Shown: piece after piece, positions 37,922-51,051 of the stretch
Layout: every line of letters begins with the position of its first letter
Numbering within the stretch: the stretch's first letter is position 1
Source: Patescibacteria group bacterium
GTDB lineage: Bacteria; Patescibacteriota; Minisyncoccia; Ryanbacterales; GWA2-47-10b
Reading direction: 5' to 3'
DNA: 64,000 bases
NCBI GenBank assembly: GCA_038065475.1
Contig: JBBTQY010000001.1
Location: 26,145-90,144 of the forward strand
Made by a program: the position numbers and the translations under genes
Notes under the pieces: generated by a model
Databases searched by the model: none
Seen by the model: only the letters and a program-made list of their open reading frames with translations
Told to the model about the DNA's origin: nothing

Positions 37922-38642
37922 ATTCAAAAATTATTTTTGCGTCAATCGCATCTGCCCACAGTTTGTATCCAGCATCGCTCGGATGAAAGCGGTCATTGGC
38001 ATAATATATATCAGGCTCATTTTGAAAATGCCCTTCATCAACCGCATACATATTGACGTATGTTACGTTTGGCATATCTTTTATAACGCTCGATACATGC
38101 CCACCGAGCTGTGAGCTTCCGCGTGACCAAAATTTGCGCACGGGATATGGCATATTGAGCACGTCGCCCAAATCACCCGGCGTGAGCAACACGATACGCT
38201 TTGTTTTTTTTGACACGGCATCAAGCGCATTTTGTAAATCACGCTCAAAGCTTGACCACCGGGTCGCATGCGTTACATTATTGCCACCGATCGATATGAT
38301 GGCAAGATCGCTATCGCGCATTTCTGTTATTTGACTCATCAAGTCACCCACACGCGCACCGACTATACCTTTGTTTTCTACATCAAAAGAATATGTATCT
38401 TTATGTCGTTCTAAAACTTGATAATGATACGTCTTTGTATAATCGCTCGCTCCCGTACCTACTGACGCACTATCACCAAGCACTGTTACTATTAATTTTT
38501 TAGAATCGCCCTCGATAATATAATTTTTTGCTGGCGTTACCTCTATCAACGCCCAGGTACGACTCAGATAAAACCAAAAACGCGCACCTGACGCGAGCGT
38601 ATAAACCACCAAAAATATAATAATCGCTTTAATAAATATCAT
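37920..38642 (-). CDS. SGNH/GDSL hydrolase, membrane-anchored
   Basis: LGDSAS, GIVGA, IGGNN, DRFHP. Confidence 0.9.
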   Translation of the reverse strand: MIFIKAIIIFLVVYTLASGARFWFYLSRTWALIEVTPAKNYIIEGDSKKLIVTVLGDSASVGTGASDYTKTYHYQVLERHKDTYSFDVENKGIVGARVGDLMSQITEMRDSDLAIISIGGNNVTHATRWSSFERDLQNALDAVSKKTKRIVLLTPGDLGDVLNMPYPVRKFWSRGSSQLGGHVSSVIKDMPNVTYVNMYAVDEGHFQNEPDIYYANDRFHPSDAGYKLWADAIDAKIIFE

Positions 38643-38899
38643 GTACGTGGCTTGTATCCTTCGGCGCGTAATTTTTGCGCTTTTACTTTTGTGCCGCCCA
38701 TACTGTACCCACCGAGTGTGCCGTCACTGCGAATCACGCGGTGACATGGTATCTGTGGGCTGCGGTTAGTACCGATGATATTGCCCACCGCACGCTGGGC
38801 ACGTGGGTTACCCGCGCGGCGAGCTACCTCACTATACGTGAGTACTTTACCTCGAGGAATCTTTTTTACTATTGAAAAAACTTTATCGCGAAAGGTCAT
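38639..38899 (-). CDS. ogt: O6-alkylguanine-DNA alkyltransferase (MGMT), C-terminal domain only
   Basis: IPRGKVLTYSEVA, RAVG, IPCHRV active site. Confidence 0.85.
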   Translation of the reverse strand: MTFRDKVFSIVKKIPRGKVLTYSEVARRAGNPRAQRAVGNIIGTNRSPQIPCHRVIRSDGTLGGYSMGGTKVKAQKLRAEGYKPRT

Positions 38900-38903
38900 A
38901 CCA

Positions 38904-40286
38904 TTAGTATGACAAAAGAAGCTCGACAAGCAAGCGCACTGGCTCGCCAGTTGAACCCTTGGCAAGAAAATCTCCGTCGGCAGTACCTATACGGGATCCT
39001 ATATCAATATGTACCCACGGTGTACCTTTGATAAATTGCCACAAAAACATCGCACCCTCGATAGTGCCTGCGCCCCGCGTTTTACTCGAGTTCGTCACAT
39101 CTGCAAACGTGCCCTTGATCATTCCCTCGTACTCTTCCCACAATGGTAGTGGCCAGATATAGTCACCAGACTTCTCACTAAAATTACGAATTTTCTTCTC
39201 GAGCATTTCGTCAGTAGCAAAAAAAGATGATGCCTTTTGACCGAGGGGTCCCATGGTCAGTGTTGCCACATCAATGACAACCTCTGGCTTGTAGCGCTTT
39301 GAATATTCGAGTGCATCGGCGAGCACCACGCGTCCTTCTGCATCAGTATGACCAATCTCGATCGTCTTGCCGTTCATCGTGCGTAAAATATCACCCACGC
39401 GATAACTGCGACCCGATGGCATGTTTTCTGCAGCGGGTACCAACGCCACGATATTGCGTTTAATGCCAAGCTTGGCCGCCGCCGTAATCGCGTGGATGAC
39501 CGCGGCTCCACCTGACATATCCATATGCATCTCCTCCATACTGTTGCCGGGTTTGATATTGAGCCCGCCCGTATCAAAAGTGATACCCTTGCCTACCAAT
39601 ACTATCGGCTTTTGCCCCAAGTCGCCTGCCATATATTCCATGATGATAAATTTGGGCTCTGAGTCTGATCCTTTGCCAACGCCCAAAATACCGCCCATAC
39701 CCAAAAGCTCCATATCAACAGAACCCAATACCTGTACGTTGATATCCGTACCGTCGGCTGCATCCATCGCCGCGCGCGCAAGTACGGCAGGTGTCATCTC
39801 ACCGCCCGGTGTATTGGCAAGGTCGCGCATCTTGTTGGTTTCCGTGGCGATAATCTGACCTCTACGAAAGCCATCGCGCATGTCACGGCTTTTAGCTCCT
39901 TTGATAAAAATTTTCTCAACACCATTCCAACCTTCTTTGGGTTTAGTTTTGTAGCGATTAAATTCATAGTTTGCGAGCTGCATGTTGACCGCGCACATCT
40001 CACCAATGTCAGCGATCGCTAACGCCAAGTTGGCAAACGCGAAGTCATTCATGTCGATTGAGAGCTGGCGTATATGGTTTTGCTTGGCAATATTAATAAC
40101 GCGACGAAAGAGTGTCTGCAAACGTCGACGCGTCATCTTTTTGAAAGAATCAATACCAATACGAATCTCGCGTCCACCGGTTTTGGTGCGCGTGACCTCA
40201 GTTTCTTTCGACTCAAGCAATACGATGCGGGCAATGTCTTTGCCCTTGGGAAGTGAGTCCACAAAGCTAAAAATGATTGGTTTCAT
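38904..40286 (-). CDS. pepA: M17 leucyl aminopeptidase (start uncertain, ORF extends to 40322)
   Basis: VGKGITFDTGG, MHMDMSG, ENMP, TDAEGRVVLAD, WVHIDI. Confidence 0.95.
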   Translation of the reverse strand: MKPIIFSFVDSLPKGKDIARIVLLESKETEVTRTKTGGREIRIGIDSFKKMTRRRLQTLFRRVINIAKQNHIRQLSIDMNDFAFANLALAIADIGEMCAVNMQLANYEFNRYKTKPKEGWNGVEKIFIKGAKSRDMRDGFRRGQIIATETNKMRDLANTPGGEMTPAVLARAAMDAADGTDINVQVLGSVDMELLGMGGILGVGKGSDSEPKFIIMEYMAGDLGQKPIVLVGKGITFDTGGLNIKPGNSMEEMHMDMSGGAAVIHAITAAAKLGIKRNIVALVPAAENMPSGRSYRVGDILRTMNGKTIEIGHTDAEGRVVLADALEYSKRYKPEVVIDVATLTMGPLGQKASSFFATDEMLEKKIRNFSEKSGDYIWPLPLWEEYEGMIKGTFADVTNSSKTRGAGTIEGAMFLWQFIKGTPWVHIDIGSRIGTADGDFLAKGSTGEPVRLLVELLLSY

Positions 40287-40339
40287 CGCCATTACCCTAG
40301 CAGGTGGAAGAGCTTTTTTCAATATGGTAGAATGACCCC

Positions 40340-41569
40340 ATGCCTGAGGTGCTTGCGGTCGCTCTGCCGCTCTCGAAACTCGCGCGTGAACTCTACTTCA
40401 CCGATGTTTTTGACGTGCTCATGGTGACCATCATCATGTATGCGGGGCTCATGCTCTTTAAACGGACACGTTCAAACTCGGTCTTTGCGGGCATCGCCAT
40501 CGTGGTAGGTATCTACGCCGTCTCGCAAGTATTCAACCTCTATCTTACCTCACTCATACTGCGCGCATTCTTTGGCGTATTTATCGTAGTATTGGTAGTC
40601 ATTTTTCAAGACGAGCTGCGAAGATTTTTTGAATTTTTAGCTCTTCTCGGCACACGCCGTGAACAGCGCGATGAAGCCATGGCGGTCTCGCCCCTTATTA
40701 ATAGCCTGTTGCAGGCGGCAACCAACCTTGCGTACCGGAAGATTGGGGCACTCGTCATACTCAGTGGTATAGAAAACATTGACCGACATGTGGAAGGCGG
40801 ACGGGTGGTTGATGGTATCGTCTCACAAGAACTTTTGGAAAGTATTTTTGATCCCACCTCGCCCGGACACGATGGCGCTGTCATCATCAGACACAATCGT
40901 ATCGCTATGCTCGGCACTCATCTGCCACTCTCAAATGATTTTGAACAAATTGGTAAATATGGCACGCGACACGCCGCAGGCCTCGGTATCGCCGAGCGAT
41001 CTGATGCGCTCGCACTCATCGTCTCTGAAGAGCGGGGGCAGATCTCGATCGCGCAAAATGGTAAATTTGAAACCTTTGATGATATCAGCAAAGTAGAAGA
41101 TCGCCTGCGCGATTTCTTTCGCGTTAAATTCCCGCGCGAAGCGTCACCCGTGTGGCGCAATATTGTTCGCAGAAACACAAGCGAAAAAATAGGCGCACTC
41201 GCCATCTCGTCAGTCCTTTGGTTTTTCTTAGTATATCAAACGGGAACCGTGCGACGTGATTTTGTAGTCCCCATCACCTACCGCAATCTCAATGAGACAC
41301 TGGTGGTTGAAACCTCAAACCCCAAGGAGATCACTATCACACTCGAATCACGCGGACGCGCATTTGACCAGCTTGATCCTGCATCACTCGAGATACTGGT
41401 GGATGCCAGCGGCTTTACACCCGGTAAGAAAAAGCTTGTCATTGGTGACAACATGGTCAAACGGCCACTCACCTTCTCGGTCATCTCACTCTCACCACCC
41501 AACATTCAGCTGACTATCGGTAAATCTCCCGAAATACTAGAGACTGATTTGGCACCTCAGGGCCGCTAG
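40340..41569 (+). CDS. cdaA: Diadenylate cyclase CdaA fused to a CdaR/YbbR-like domain
   Basis: 3 TM helices, FQDELRR, HDGAV, GTRHAA, VSEERGQIS, extra TM helix then VPITYRNL YbbR-like region. Confidence 0.9.
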   Translation: MPEVLAVALPLSKLARELYFTDVFDVLMVTIIMYAGLMLFKRTRSNSVFAGIAIVVGIYAVSQVFNLYLTSLILRAFFGVFIVVLVVIFQDELRRFFEFLALLGTRREQRDEAMAVSPLINSLLQAATNLAYRKIGALVILSGIENIDRHVEGGRVVDGIVSQELLESIFDPTSPGHDGAVIIRHNRIAMLGTHLPLSNDFEQIGKYGTRHAAGLGIAERSDALALIVSEERGQISIAQNGKFETFDDISKVEDRLRDFFRVKFPREASPVWRNIVRRNTSEKIGALAISSVLWFFLVYQTGTVRRDFVVPITYRNLNETLVVETSNPKEITITLESRGRAFDQLDPASLEILVDASGFTPGKKKLVIGDNMVKRPLTFSVISLSPPNIQLTIGKSPEILETDLAPQGR

Positions 41570-41676
41570 CGCGCCATTGACAACTAACCCCTTACGGGGG
41601 TTTACTTGACTACGGAGGGGAGCCGTTGGGGTTCCTTTTGTGTTTTAGGATCTTTGACTACACAACGGGGGGAAAT

Positions 41677-42513
41677 GTGAGCCTAGACACTTTACGTGCA
41701 AAAGCGAAGATCTGGTCCTCCAGATTCATTCCGCCACAGCATTGCATACCTCTATCCAACGAGGCGTATCGGGAGATCCGATTCTTCCGGCATCCAGACG
41801 TACGCGTCCTCGACGGCGTGATCCATCACAAGGTCAAAATCGAAAACGGCGTGATCGTCCTCATGTGCTGCGACGGCGATCGCTTTCTTGCTGGACTCCT
41901 GTCCATCGCAGGGCTGTTCGCGACCAAGCACCGGTGGTCGACGCGCGTCGCAAGCTGGATGAAACGTACTTCGCTACTCTTCATCTGGGCCTTCGTGTTC
42001 ATCTATCCACGCATGCACGTCATCTCACGACACGCGGGTGCCCATCGAGTCGTGAAGGGGTCACGCACCAATGCGCCGGGTCGCGCAACAGACAAAGACC
42101 TGCTCGACGACATCATGATGGCGATAGAGCGCATGGGCATCTACCAGATTGTCCTGCTCGACCACTGCGCCTGCCTGAAGCTTGGCGATCATAACTTCAC
42201 GGTCAACGAGCAATTCCACGATCTATTCGAAGCTCGAGATCGCATTGTCGCAGAGTATGCGAAGGTGCGATCTGAAAAAGCCGTTCGTCTTGCTGCGGAT
42301 GGCGACCTGCACGCAGCGACTACCTTGCCAAACCTCCAGGTCATCTGCATGTGCCAGGTCGACTACGGAAAGAAAACTTGGTGGCAAAGACGAAAACTAC
42401 GCACCTACCACCTGGATGGTGCACGGCTCATCGAAGTCGACATCACCAGGCACAAGCCGGCTCACAACCCGAAGATCGCGCGAGCGATCTCCGACTATCT
42501 CGAGGCTGCCTGA
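41677..42513 (+). CDS. Divergent beta-carbonic-anhydrase-like protein with a hydrophobic insertion
   Basis: IVLMCCDGDR (CxD), HAGA, IVLLDHCAC (HxxC); G-rich SD + GTG. Confidence 0.55.
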   Translation: MSLDTLRAKAKIWSSRFIPPQHCIPLSNEAYREIRFFRHPDVRVLDGVIHHKVKIENGVIVLMCCDGDRFLAGLLSIAGLFATKHRWSTRVASWMKRTSLLFIWAFVFIYPRMHVISRHAGAHRVVKGSRTNAPGRATDKDLLDDIMMAIERMGIYQIVLLDHCACLKLGDHNFTVNEQFHDLFEARDRIVAEYAKVRSEKAVRLAADGDLHAATTLPNLQVICMCQVDYGKKTWWQRRKLRTYHLDGARLIEVDITRHKPAHNPKIARAISDYLEAA

Positions 42514-42530
42514 AAGCAACTTCGGACACC

Positions 42531-42569
42531 AAAAGGCCAACGCGACATCATCGTGCGTTGGCCTTTTTT
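42531..42569. terminator. Bidirectional terminator
   Basis: aaaaggccaacgc...gcgttggcctttt between convergent genes. Confidence 0.8.
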
Positions 42570-42578
42570 ATTTTCTCT

Positions 42579-44270
42579 TTATTGATACTCGTGTGCAATA
42601 TTGAGCTTGAAACCAAGCGTCTCTAATGCATCGGCAGTATGAGGAAATACTTGACCGTGCTTTTCGAGTCTCTTGAATGCATGACTCTGGCGCAAAATAT
42701 GAATCGTCAGATCGTTGGCTCCGGTGATATATACTTTTTTTTCACGCCGCTCGATGATGGAGACAATTTCATCAAACGCATCAACGCCATCGAGATCGAT
42801 AAAGTAAAGCTCGCGAAGACGTAAAATAATATTTTCATAACCATTGAGATTTAATTCAAAGCGAGAAATGTGTGCCTGACTATCAATATAGGTCAGATGA
42901 CCCTTAATAGAATATACAAGCGTGTGAGAATTTTGCGTAATCTCACCGATATCATGACCTGAAAGCCGACCGACAATTTTTTTGTTCGTATCATTGATGA
43001 CGAGATCGAACTGCCCGCGTGAGAGCGTATCAAGAAAGAGTACCAGCGACACAGCAGCGCCTACCAAAATACCAGCGATGGGATCTTCGTAGATGGTAAT
43101 ACCCGCTACAATCAGTGCGATGATAAAACTCTTTTTATCAATAAGCCACATGCGACGAAAATGCTCGCGCTCAACCATGCGCACCGCAACCGTCACCAAA
43201 ATAGCTGCGATCACCGCGAGCGGTATATATTGAAACGACGTTAAAAGCAGAAAAGAAATCAGCGCTACAAAAAGTGCGCTCATCGCGGCGGACACTTTGT
43301 GGGAAGCGCCACTCTTAATATTGAGCGCGGTTCGAGCCAGCGCAGCCGTCGCAGGTATACCTCCCGCAAAACCTGAAGCAAGGTTTGCCAAACCAAGCCC
43401 AAGCATTTCATTTCGCTTGTTGTGCTTGGTTTTGGTCATACCATCAGCAATTTTTGCCGAAAGCATCGTCTCAAGGATAGCGATAAGTGCAATAGTTACT
43501 GCAACGACAAATAACGAGCGATCGATGTGAAATTCAAATGAGTACGGCAAAAAGAGTCGAGGCGCCATATCGGTATAACGCATACCAAGCGTCTGTAAAC
43601 CTAACGCCACTTTCCCCGTTGCGGACAAGTATCCTAAAAGAATACCGAACGGAGTCAAAATAACAGCTGCGGGTAAATGTGGCACTTTTGGTATTTTTCT
43701 CCATGCGCGCTCAACCGTAAACATCAAGAAAAAGAAAACGGCAAATGTTGCGAGAGCCGCCAAAGACGAGTCGCCAATATGCCGAAAAGACTCGATAAGA
43801 TTGTCGATAAACGCTTCGTGTTTAGGAAGACCGGAGAGTCCAAACGCAAAATTAAACTGATTGAGCCCGATAATAAACGCAACGCCCAACGTAAAGCCCT
43901 GAATGGTATTGGCTGGAATATAAATCAAATATCGTTCGAGCCGAAAAAACCATGCGACTAAGATAAGTGTACCTACAAGCACGGTCAGTAACCATAAACT
44001 GTTTGCGCCATTTGTAAAAACAAATGTTGCCAAAAGACCTGAGAGCGCGCCCGTGGGACCCGTGATATTGTAGTTGCTTCCGCCGAAGATGCCCGCAATA
44101 ACACCTGCCCAAATGGCAGTAACAATGCCTTGGGTCGGTGTTGCACCTGCTGCCACCGCAAGCGATATAGAGAGAGGAATAGCAACTAGTGAGACAGTGA
44201 GTGCCGCCTTCCAGTTATGCTTTGCTTGCTCGAGTGAAAACGGAAAAAAGTAAGAAGCACGCTTCTTCAT
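42579..44270 (-). CDS. SulP/SLC26 anion transporter with STAS domain
   Basis: VAIPLSIS, ITGPTGA, LETMLSA, PATAALART, FIDLDG. Confidence 0.93.
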   Translation of the reverse strand: MKKRASYFFPFSLEQAKHNWKAALTVSLVAIPLSISLAVAAGATPTQGIVTAIWAGVIAGIFGGSNYNITGPTGALSGLLATFVFTNGANSLWLLTVLVGTLILVAWFFRLERYLIYIPANTIQGFTLGVAFIIGLNQFNFAFGLSGLPKHEAFIDNLIESFRHIGDSSLAALATFAVFFFLMFTVERAWRKIPKVPHLPAAVILTPFGILLGYLSATGKVALGLQTLGMRYTDMAPRLFLPYSFEFHIDRSLFVVAVTIALIAILETMLSAKIADGMTKTKHNKRNEMLGLGLANLASGFAGGIPATAALARTALNIKSGASHKVSAAMSALFVALISFLLLTSFQYIPLAVIAAILVTVAVRMVEREHFRRMWLIDKKSFIIALIVAGITIYEDPIAGILVGAAVSLVLFLDTLSRGQFDLVINDTNKKIVGRLSGHDIGEITQNSHTLVYSIKGHLTYIDSQAHISRFELNLNGYENIILRLRELYFIDLDGVDAFDEIVSIIERREKKVYITGANDLTIHILRQSHAFKRLEKHGQVFPHTADALETLGFKLNIAHEYQ

Positions 44271-44281
44271 ACAAGAAAAAC

Positions 44282-46817
<2,536 letters not shown>

Positions 46818-46818
46818 A

Positions 46819-48345
46819 CTACTTTATAAATACTTCAGTAAATGATTGAATAGCAGACTTGAGCGCAGTCTCGGTGTCATCATCAATCGCACGACTCGAG
46901 GCAATCTTACTAAATATATCGCCTTGCATTGATTCGATATATTGTAAAAGACCCGCCTCAAACTCTTTGATGCGTGGCTTTGGAATCTCATCGATATACC
47001 CGCCGAGCGCCGCATAAAGCACAACCGCTTCGCGCTCAAACGCGAGCGGCTGGAGATCAGATTGCTTGAGTACTTCGGTCAAAATTTGCCCGCGGTGAAT
47101 TTTTGCCTTGGTAGCGTCATCGAGGTCTGATGCGAATTGCACGAATGCTTCTAGCTCGCGAAATTGTGCGAGCTCAAGACGCAGGCGGCCTGCTACTTTT
47201 TTGACTGCTTTGGTCTGTGCAGCAGATCCTACGCGCGAGACTGACAAGCCCACATTGACCGCAGGACGCAAGCCCTTGGTAAAAAGATCTGACTCGAGAT
47301 AAATCTGCCCGTCCGTAATTGAGATAACGTTGGTGGGCACGTAAGCCGAGATATCACCAAGCTTGGTCTCGATAATAGGAAGTGCCGTGAGTGACCCGCC
47401 ACCAAACTCGCGCGAGAGACGTGCGGCTCGCTCCAAAAGGCGTGAATGCAAAAAGAAAATATCACCCGGGTAGGCCTCTCTACCTGGCGGGCGGCGCAAG
47501 AGAAGCGAGAGCTCGCGATAGCTATCCGCATGCTTTGAGAGATCGTCGTACACGACCAACACATCTTTGCCCTGATCCATAAAATATTCGCCGATGGCGC
47601 ATCCGGCGAACGGCGCTAAATACTGTAATGCCGCGGGAGAAGATGCGGGAGCTGACACCACAATAGTATATTTGAGCGCATCTGCTTCTTCGAGCACGCG
47701 CATGATGCGCGCTATTTTCGCGCTCTTCTGGCCAATAGCTACGTAAATACAAATCGGGCGATTTGATTCATTTTTTTGATTTAAAATGGTATCGATAGCA
47801 ATTGCAGTCTTACCTGTTTGGCGGTCACCAATAATAAGCTCGCGCTGACCACGACCAATCGGGATCATGGCATCAATCGCTTTGATGCCCGTATGAAGAG
47901 GCACATTGACTGATTCACGCGCAACGACTGATGGGGCCTTGCGCTCGAGCGGTGCGGTTTCTGCATCGTCAACATCTTTAAAAAGCGATCCCTTACCATC
48001 AACAGCAATACCCAAAGGACTGACCGCGCGACCTATCATCTCTTTACCTACCGGGATAGAAAGAATTGCACCCGTACCACGTACCTTGGCGCCAACGCGC
48101 ACAGCGGTCGCCTCACCCAAAAGTACCGCACCGATAAAATGTTCTTCGAGATTAAATGCTACCGCGAACACTTCGCCTTCCGGTGTTTCGATTACTAAAA
48201 GTTCTTGTGACTGAGCACGCGAGAGGCCTGAAATTTTTGCGATACCATCGCCCGCTTCAACGACCGCGCCGACAGACTCAAGACCTGGTTCATCACGAAA
48301 ACCAGCGATTTCTTTTTTAAGTTTTTCGACAAGATCGTATTGCAT
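46819..48345 (-). CDS. atpA: ATP synthase alpha
   Basis: [26 protein letters not shown]. Confidence 0.99.
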   Translation of the reverse strand: MQYDLVEKLKKEIAGFRDEPGLESVGAVVEAGDGIAKISGLSRAQSQELLVIETPEGEVFAVAFNLEEHFIGAVLLGEATAVRVGAKVRGTGAILSIPVGKEMIGRAVSPLGIAVDGKGSLFKDVDDAETAPLERKAPSVVARESVNVPLHTGIKAIDAMIPIGRGQRELIIGDRQTGKTAIAIDTILNQKNESNRPICIYVAIGQKSAKIARIMRVLEEADALKYTIVVSAPASSPAALQYLAPFAGCAIGEYFMDQGKDVLVVYDDLSKHADSYRELSLLLRRPPGREAYPGDIFFLHSRLLERAARLSREFGGGSLTALPIIETKLGDISAYVPTNVISITDGQIYLESDLFTKGLRPAVNVGLSVSRVGSAAQTKAVKKVAGRLRLELAQFRELEAFVQFASDLDDATKAKIHRGQILTEVLKQSDLQPLAFEREAVVLYAALGGYIDEIPKPRIKEFEAGLLQYIESMQGDIFSKIASSRAIDDDTETALKSAIQSFTEVFIK

Positions 48346-48352
48346 ATATTAA

Positions 48353-48730
48353 TTAACGAAAAAGTTTTTTAATACGACGCAGAGCCGTGTGATCAAACTC
48401 GCGTTCATGATCGATGGTGATACGCACGCCTGCGACAAGTTCAGGTTCAGTATGAAATATCACCTCATCATGTTTTGCAAAAAGCCCGCGAAACGCATCA
48501 AGTACTGATTTTTTATGACGACGAGCAAGAGCAATTTCAATAAGCTTACCGCCCGTTTTCTTGCGTTCAATTTCACTCACCGCTGCCGTGATAAGAGGCA
48601 AAAGACGCAAATCGCCTCTACGGTGTATGGCCGATATAAATCTCTTGATAATCCCCGCGTGCGTCGAGGCAGGAGCTGAAGCGAGAGAATCTACAAGCGC
48701 TTTGGCGTAGATGCGGGGCGTATATTTCAT
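48353..48730 (-). CDS. atpH: ATP synthase delta (short)
   Basis: YAKAL, PELVAGVRI; operon position. Confidence 0.85.
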   Translation of the reverse strand: MKYTPRIYAKALVDSLASAPASTHAGIIKRFISAIHRRGDLRLLPLITAAVSEIERKKTGGKLIEIALARRHKKSVLDAFRGLFAKHDEVIFHTEPELVAGVRITIDHEREFDHTALRRIKKLFR

Positions 48731-49236
48731 AACGCTTTTTGTTTTCTGATATACGCTACTGCTTCGCCTATCAGCTTATCATCAACCCTAGCAGATTCTG
48801 TATCGATCGCTTTAGCGAGTGCGGAGCGCACAAGTGAACGCGCGCTATCGGCAAATTTTTCAAACTCTTCTTGCTCACGCTGAGCGATAACTTCGAGTGC
48901 CGCTCTGCGCAATTCTTCTGCGCGCACATCAGCCTTGTGAACAATATCAGCACCTTTTATTTCAGCCTTTTTCTCTGCTTCACGAATAATACTAAACGCT
49001 TGTTTGTCTGCCTCGAGCGTACGCTCGCGCAGCACTCCATCAATCTCGCCGAGTTGTTGCGTTGCCTTGTCGGCATCGCGTAGGCCTTCTTCTATTTTTT
49101 CTTTGCGCTCGCGCATGACACGCAAGAGCGGACGCCACACCAAAAACGTAAGAGCTGCGAGCAAAATAAAAAAGTTAACTCCTTGGGATACCAGAAGTTT
49201 CCAGTTGATGCCCAGCTGGCTTGCAAGCTCACTCAT
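48727..49236 (-). CDS. atpF: ATP synthase b
   Basis: LGINW..Q.VNF, PLL..ER..KI. Confidence 0.93.
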   Translation of the reverse strand: MSELASQLGINWKLLVSQGVNFFILLAALTFLVWRPLLRVMRERKEKIEEGLRDADKATQQLGEIDGVLRERTLEADKQAFSIIREAEKKAEIKGADIVHKADVRAEELRRAALEVIAQREQEEFEKFADSARSLVRSALAKAIDTESARVDDKLIGEAVAYIRKQKAL

Positions 49237-49257
49237 ATATGGCGCCTAAAAAATAAT

Positions 49258-49497
49258 TTATTCGACGAATTTCAAGACGAGCGACACAACAAGCGCGTAG
49301 ATGGCGATCGCCTCCGCAAATGCGATAGACAAAATCATCGCTGTTTGGATTTTGGGAGCAGCCTCGGGATTGCGACCCATAGCGTCAACGCCCTTTGAAC
49401 CCATCCAACCGATTGCGAGCGCTGGCGCGATAGTACCAACACCCATAATAAACGCGATTGACATGATCTTGATTACTTCAGGACTCATTCCTTCCAT
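49258..49497 (-). CDS. atpE: ATP synthase c
   Basis: RNPE loop, FAEAIAIY. Confidence 0.97.
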   Translation of the reverse strand: MEGMSPEVIKIMSIAFIMGVGTIAPALAIGWMGSKGVDAMGRNPEAAPKIQTAMILSIAFAEAIAIYALVVSLVLKFVE

Positions 49498-49541
49498 AGT
49501 GATGTTCTTTCAGTCTTATAAATAATGACCTTTCATCTCGT

Positions 49542-50288
49542 TTAGTGGGATGGTTCTTCGCTCGTTGCCATGGCCACAAAAACCATCGTAAGCATGGCAA
49601 AGATAAATGCTTGAATAAATCCTACAAAAACTTCAAGGAAAAGAAATGGGAGAGGTACTATGTATGGCACCAAAAATCCAATAATGATGAGTAGTACCTC
49701 GCCCGCAAACACATTGCCAAAGAGTCGAAACGAGAATGAGATTATTTTAACAAATTCGGCTACAAATTCAAGGAGCCCGACAAAGGTAAAGACAGGATTT
49801 TTAAAAGTAAAATATTTTGAAAAATGCTTCACGAAACCTACTGCGAGCACTCCAAAAAACTGCACTGCGAAAACTGAGATGATAGCAAGCGCAATAGTAA
49901 AGTTTAAATCTGCAGCCGGCGCGCGCAAGAGCGGTACAAACGCTTCATGTCCATCATGAACCACATGAAGACCCAGCGATCCTACAATTGGCAACAGACC
50001 AAACCAATTGGAGATCATAATAAACAAAAATACTGTGGCAATGAGCGGAAAATATTTTTCTGATGTGTGGCGATTACCAAAAACTGAATCCATCACGCCT
50101 AAAAGCTGCTCCATTAACAACTCGAAAACGCTCTGAAGTTTACCGGGTACAAGCGCTATTTTTTTTCGCACCACCAGCGCGACGATAAGCAAAACGAGAA
50201 GTGTAATGACGGAAAGCAAAAAAGAATTTGTCACACTAAACGTGCCGATATGAAAAAGTTCTTCTGCTTTGATAGAGATTTCAGTCAT
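49542..50288 (-). CDS. atpB: ATP synthase a
   Basis: NWFGLLP, ADLN, SFRLFGNVFAGE, IQAFIF. Confidence 0.97.
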   Translation of the reverse strand: MTEISIKAEELFHIGTFSVTNSFLLSVITLLVLLIVALVVRKKIALVPGKLQSVFELLMEQLLGVMDSVFGNRHTSEKYFPLIATVFLFIMISNWFGLLPIVGSLGLHVVHDGHEAFVPLLRAPAADLNFTIALAIISVFAVQFFGVLAVGFVKHFSKYFTFKNPVFTFVGLLEFVAEFVKIISFSFRLFGNVFAGEVLLIIIGFLVPYIVPLPFLFLEVFVGFIQAFIFAMLTMVFVAMATSEEPSH

Positions 50289-50328
50289 GAATAGGCTTAT
50301 CATGCCAAAAAATAACGCTTTTTGGATG

Positions 50329-50357
50329 TTGACATTTACTTAAAAATAGAGTATAAT
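50329..50357 (+). promoter_or_regulatory. Perfect-consensus sigma70 promoter
   Basis: TTGACA-17 nt-TATAAT. Confidence 0.85.
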
Positions 50358-50422
50358 GCACATAGGTACGTTCATCTTTTTTTTCATCAACAGCGCGACA
50401 ATAGTCGCAGGAGGACATAAGA

Positions 50423-50674
50423 TTGGCAAAACAAGTAGAGTACAAAGGCCCCCCGTGTCCGACTCACGGAGAGGATACGACGGAGAAATGCAGAGAGCTC
50501 TGCGTCTGGCCAGACAGCGAGCTCGCAGCGCGAGTAGCGCTCGTGCCCGCAGCTCCCAACTGCTCGACAAAGCCAGTCGACGGCCTCTGCGGCAAGCACG
50601 GAAGGCCGATGGAGCGCGGCATGAGCCGTCGCCATCCGCGCCGGCCTCTGTGCGTGGGCGCCTTCCCCTCCTGA
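50423..50674 (+). CDS. Small Cys/His-rich orphan (possible zinc-binding)
   Basis: AGGAGG SD + TTG; CPTH, C..C, CGKH; flanked by promoter and terminator. Confidence 0.65.
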   Translation: MAKQVEYKGPPCPTHGEDTTEKCRELCVWPDSELAARVALVPAAPNCSTKPVDGLCGKHGRPMERGMSRRHPRRPLCVGAFPS

Positions 50675-50705
50675 CTACGCTCGTGGCGTAGTCGCCAACC
50701 CCAAC

Positions 50706-50745
50706 CCGCCAGCAGTCACGACGACTGCTGGCGGCTTTATTTTTT
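50706..50745 (+). terminator. Intrinsic terminator
   Basis: ccgccagcagtc-acgac-gactgctggcgg followed by a T-tract. Confidence 0.85.
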
Positions 50746-50777
50746 GTAGAAAAAAACGGCCCGTGATGACCGTTTGA

Positions 50778-50966
50778 CTATCCGAGATATTGACCGAAGC
50801 GATCGCGCACAGGACACCCCTCGGGATCGCAATAGGCTTCACGTGCTGGATCATAGTGAAGCCCATGCGCCTCGGCTACCTGAATATTGCGTGGATTGTC
50901 CGGCGAGAGATCCGGATCGAACCCTGGCAACCTCTCGTCATTAGTACCTTGTTTACTGTTCTCCAA
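50778..50966 (-). CDS. 62-aa orphan protein
   Basis: AAGGAGG SD + TTG; hairpin and U-tract right after the stop. Confidence 0.65.
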   Translation of the reverse strand: MENSKQGTNDERLPGFDPDLSPDNPRNIQVAEAHGLHYDPAREAYCDPEGCPVRDRFGQYLG

Positions 50967-51019
50967 TGCAAAACCTCCTTAATGAGCTAGAAAAAATATA
51001 CCACACCGTCTAAGAAACC

Positions 51020-51044
51020 AAAATCCCGCCGAAGGCGGGATTTT
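51020..51044. terminator. Intrinsic terminator
   Basis: aaaatcccgcc-gaa-ggcgggatttt. Confidence 0.85.
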
Positions 51045-51051
51045 GTGTTTT

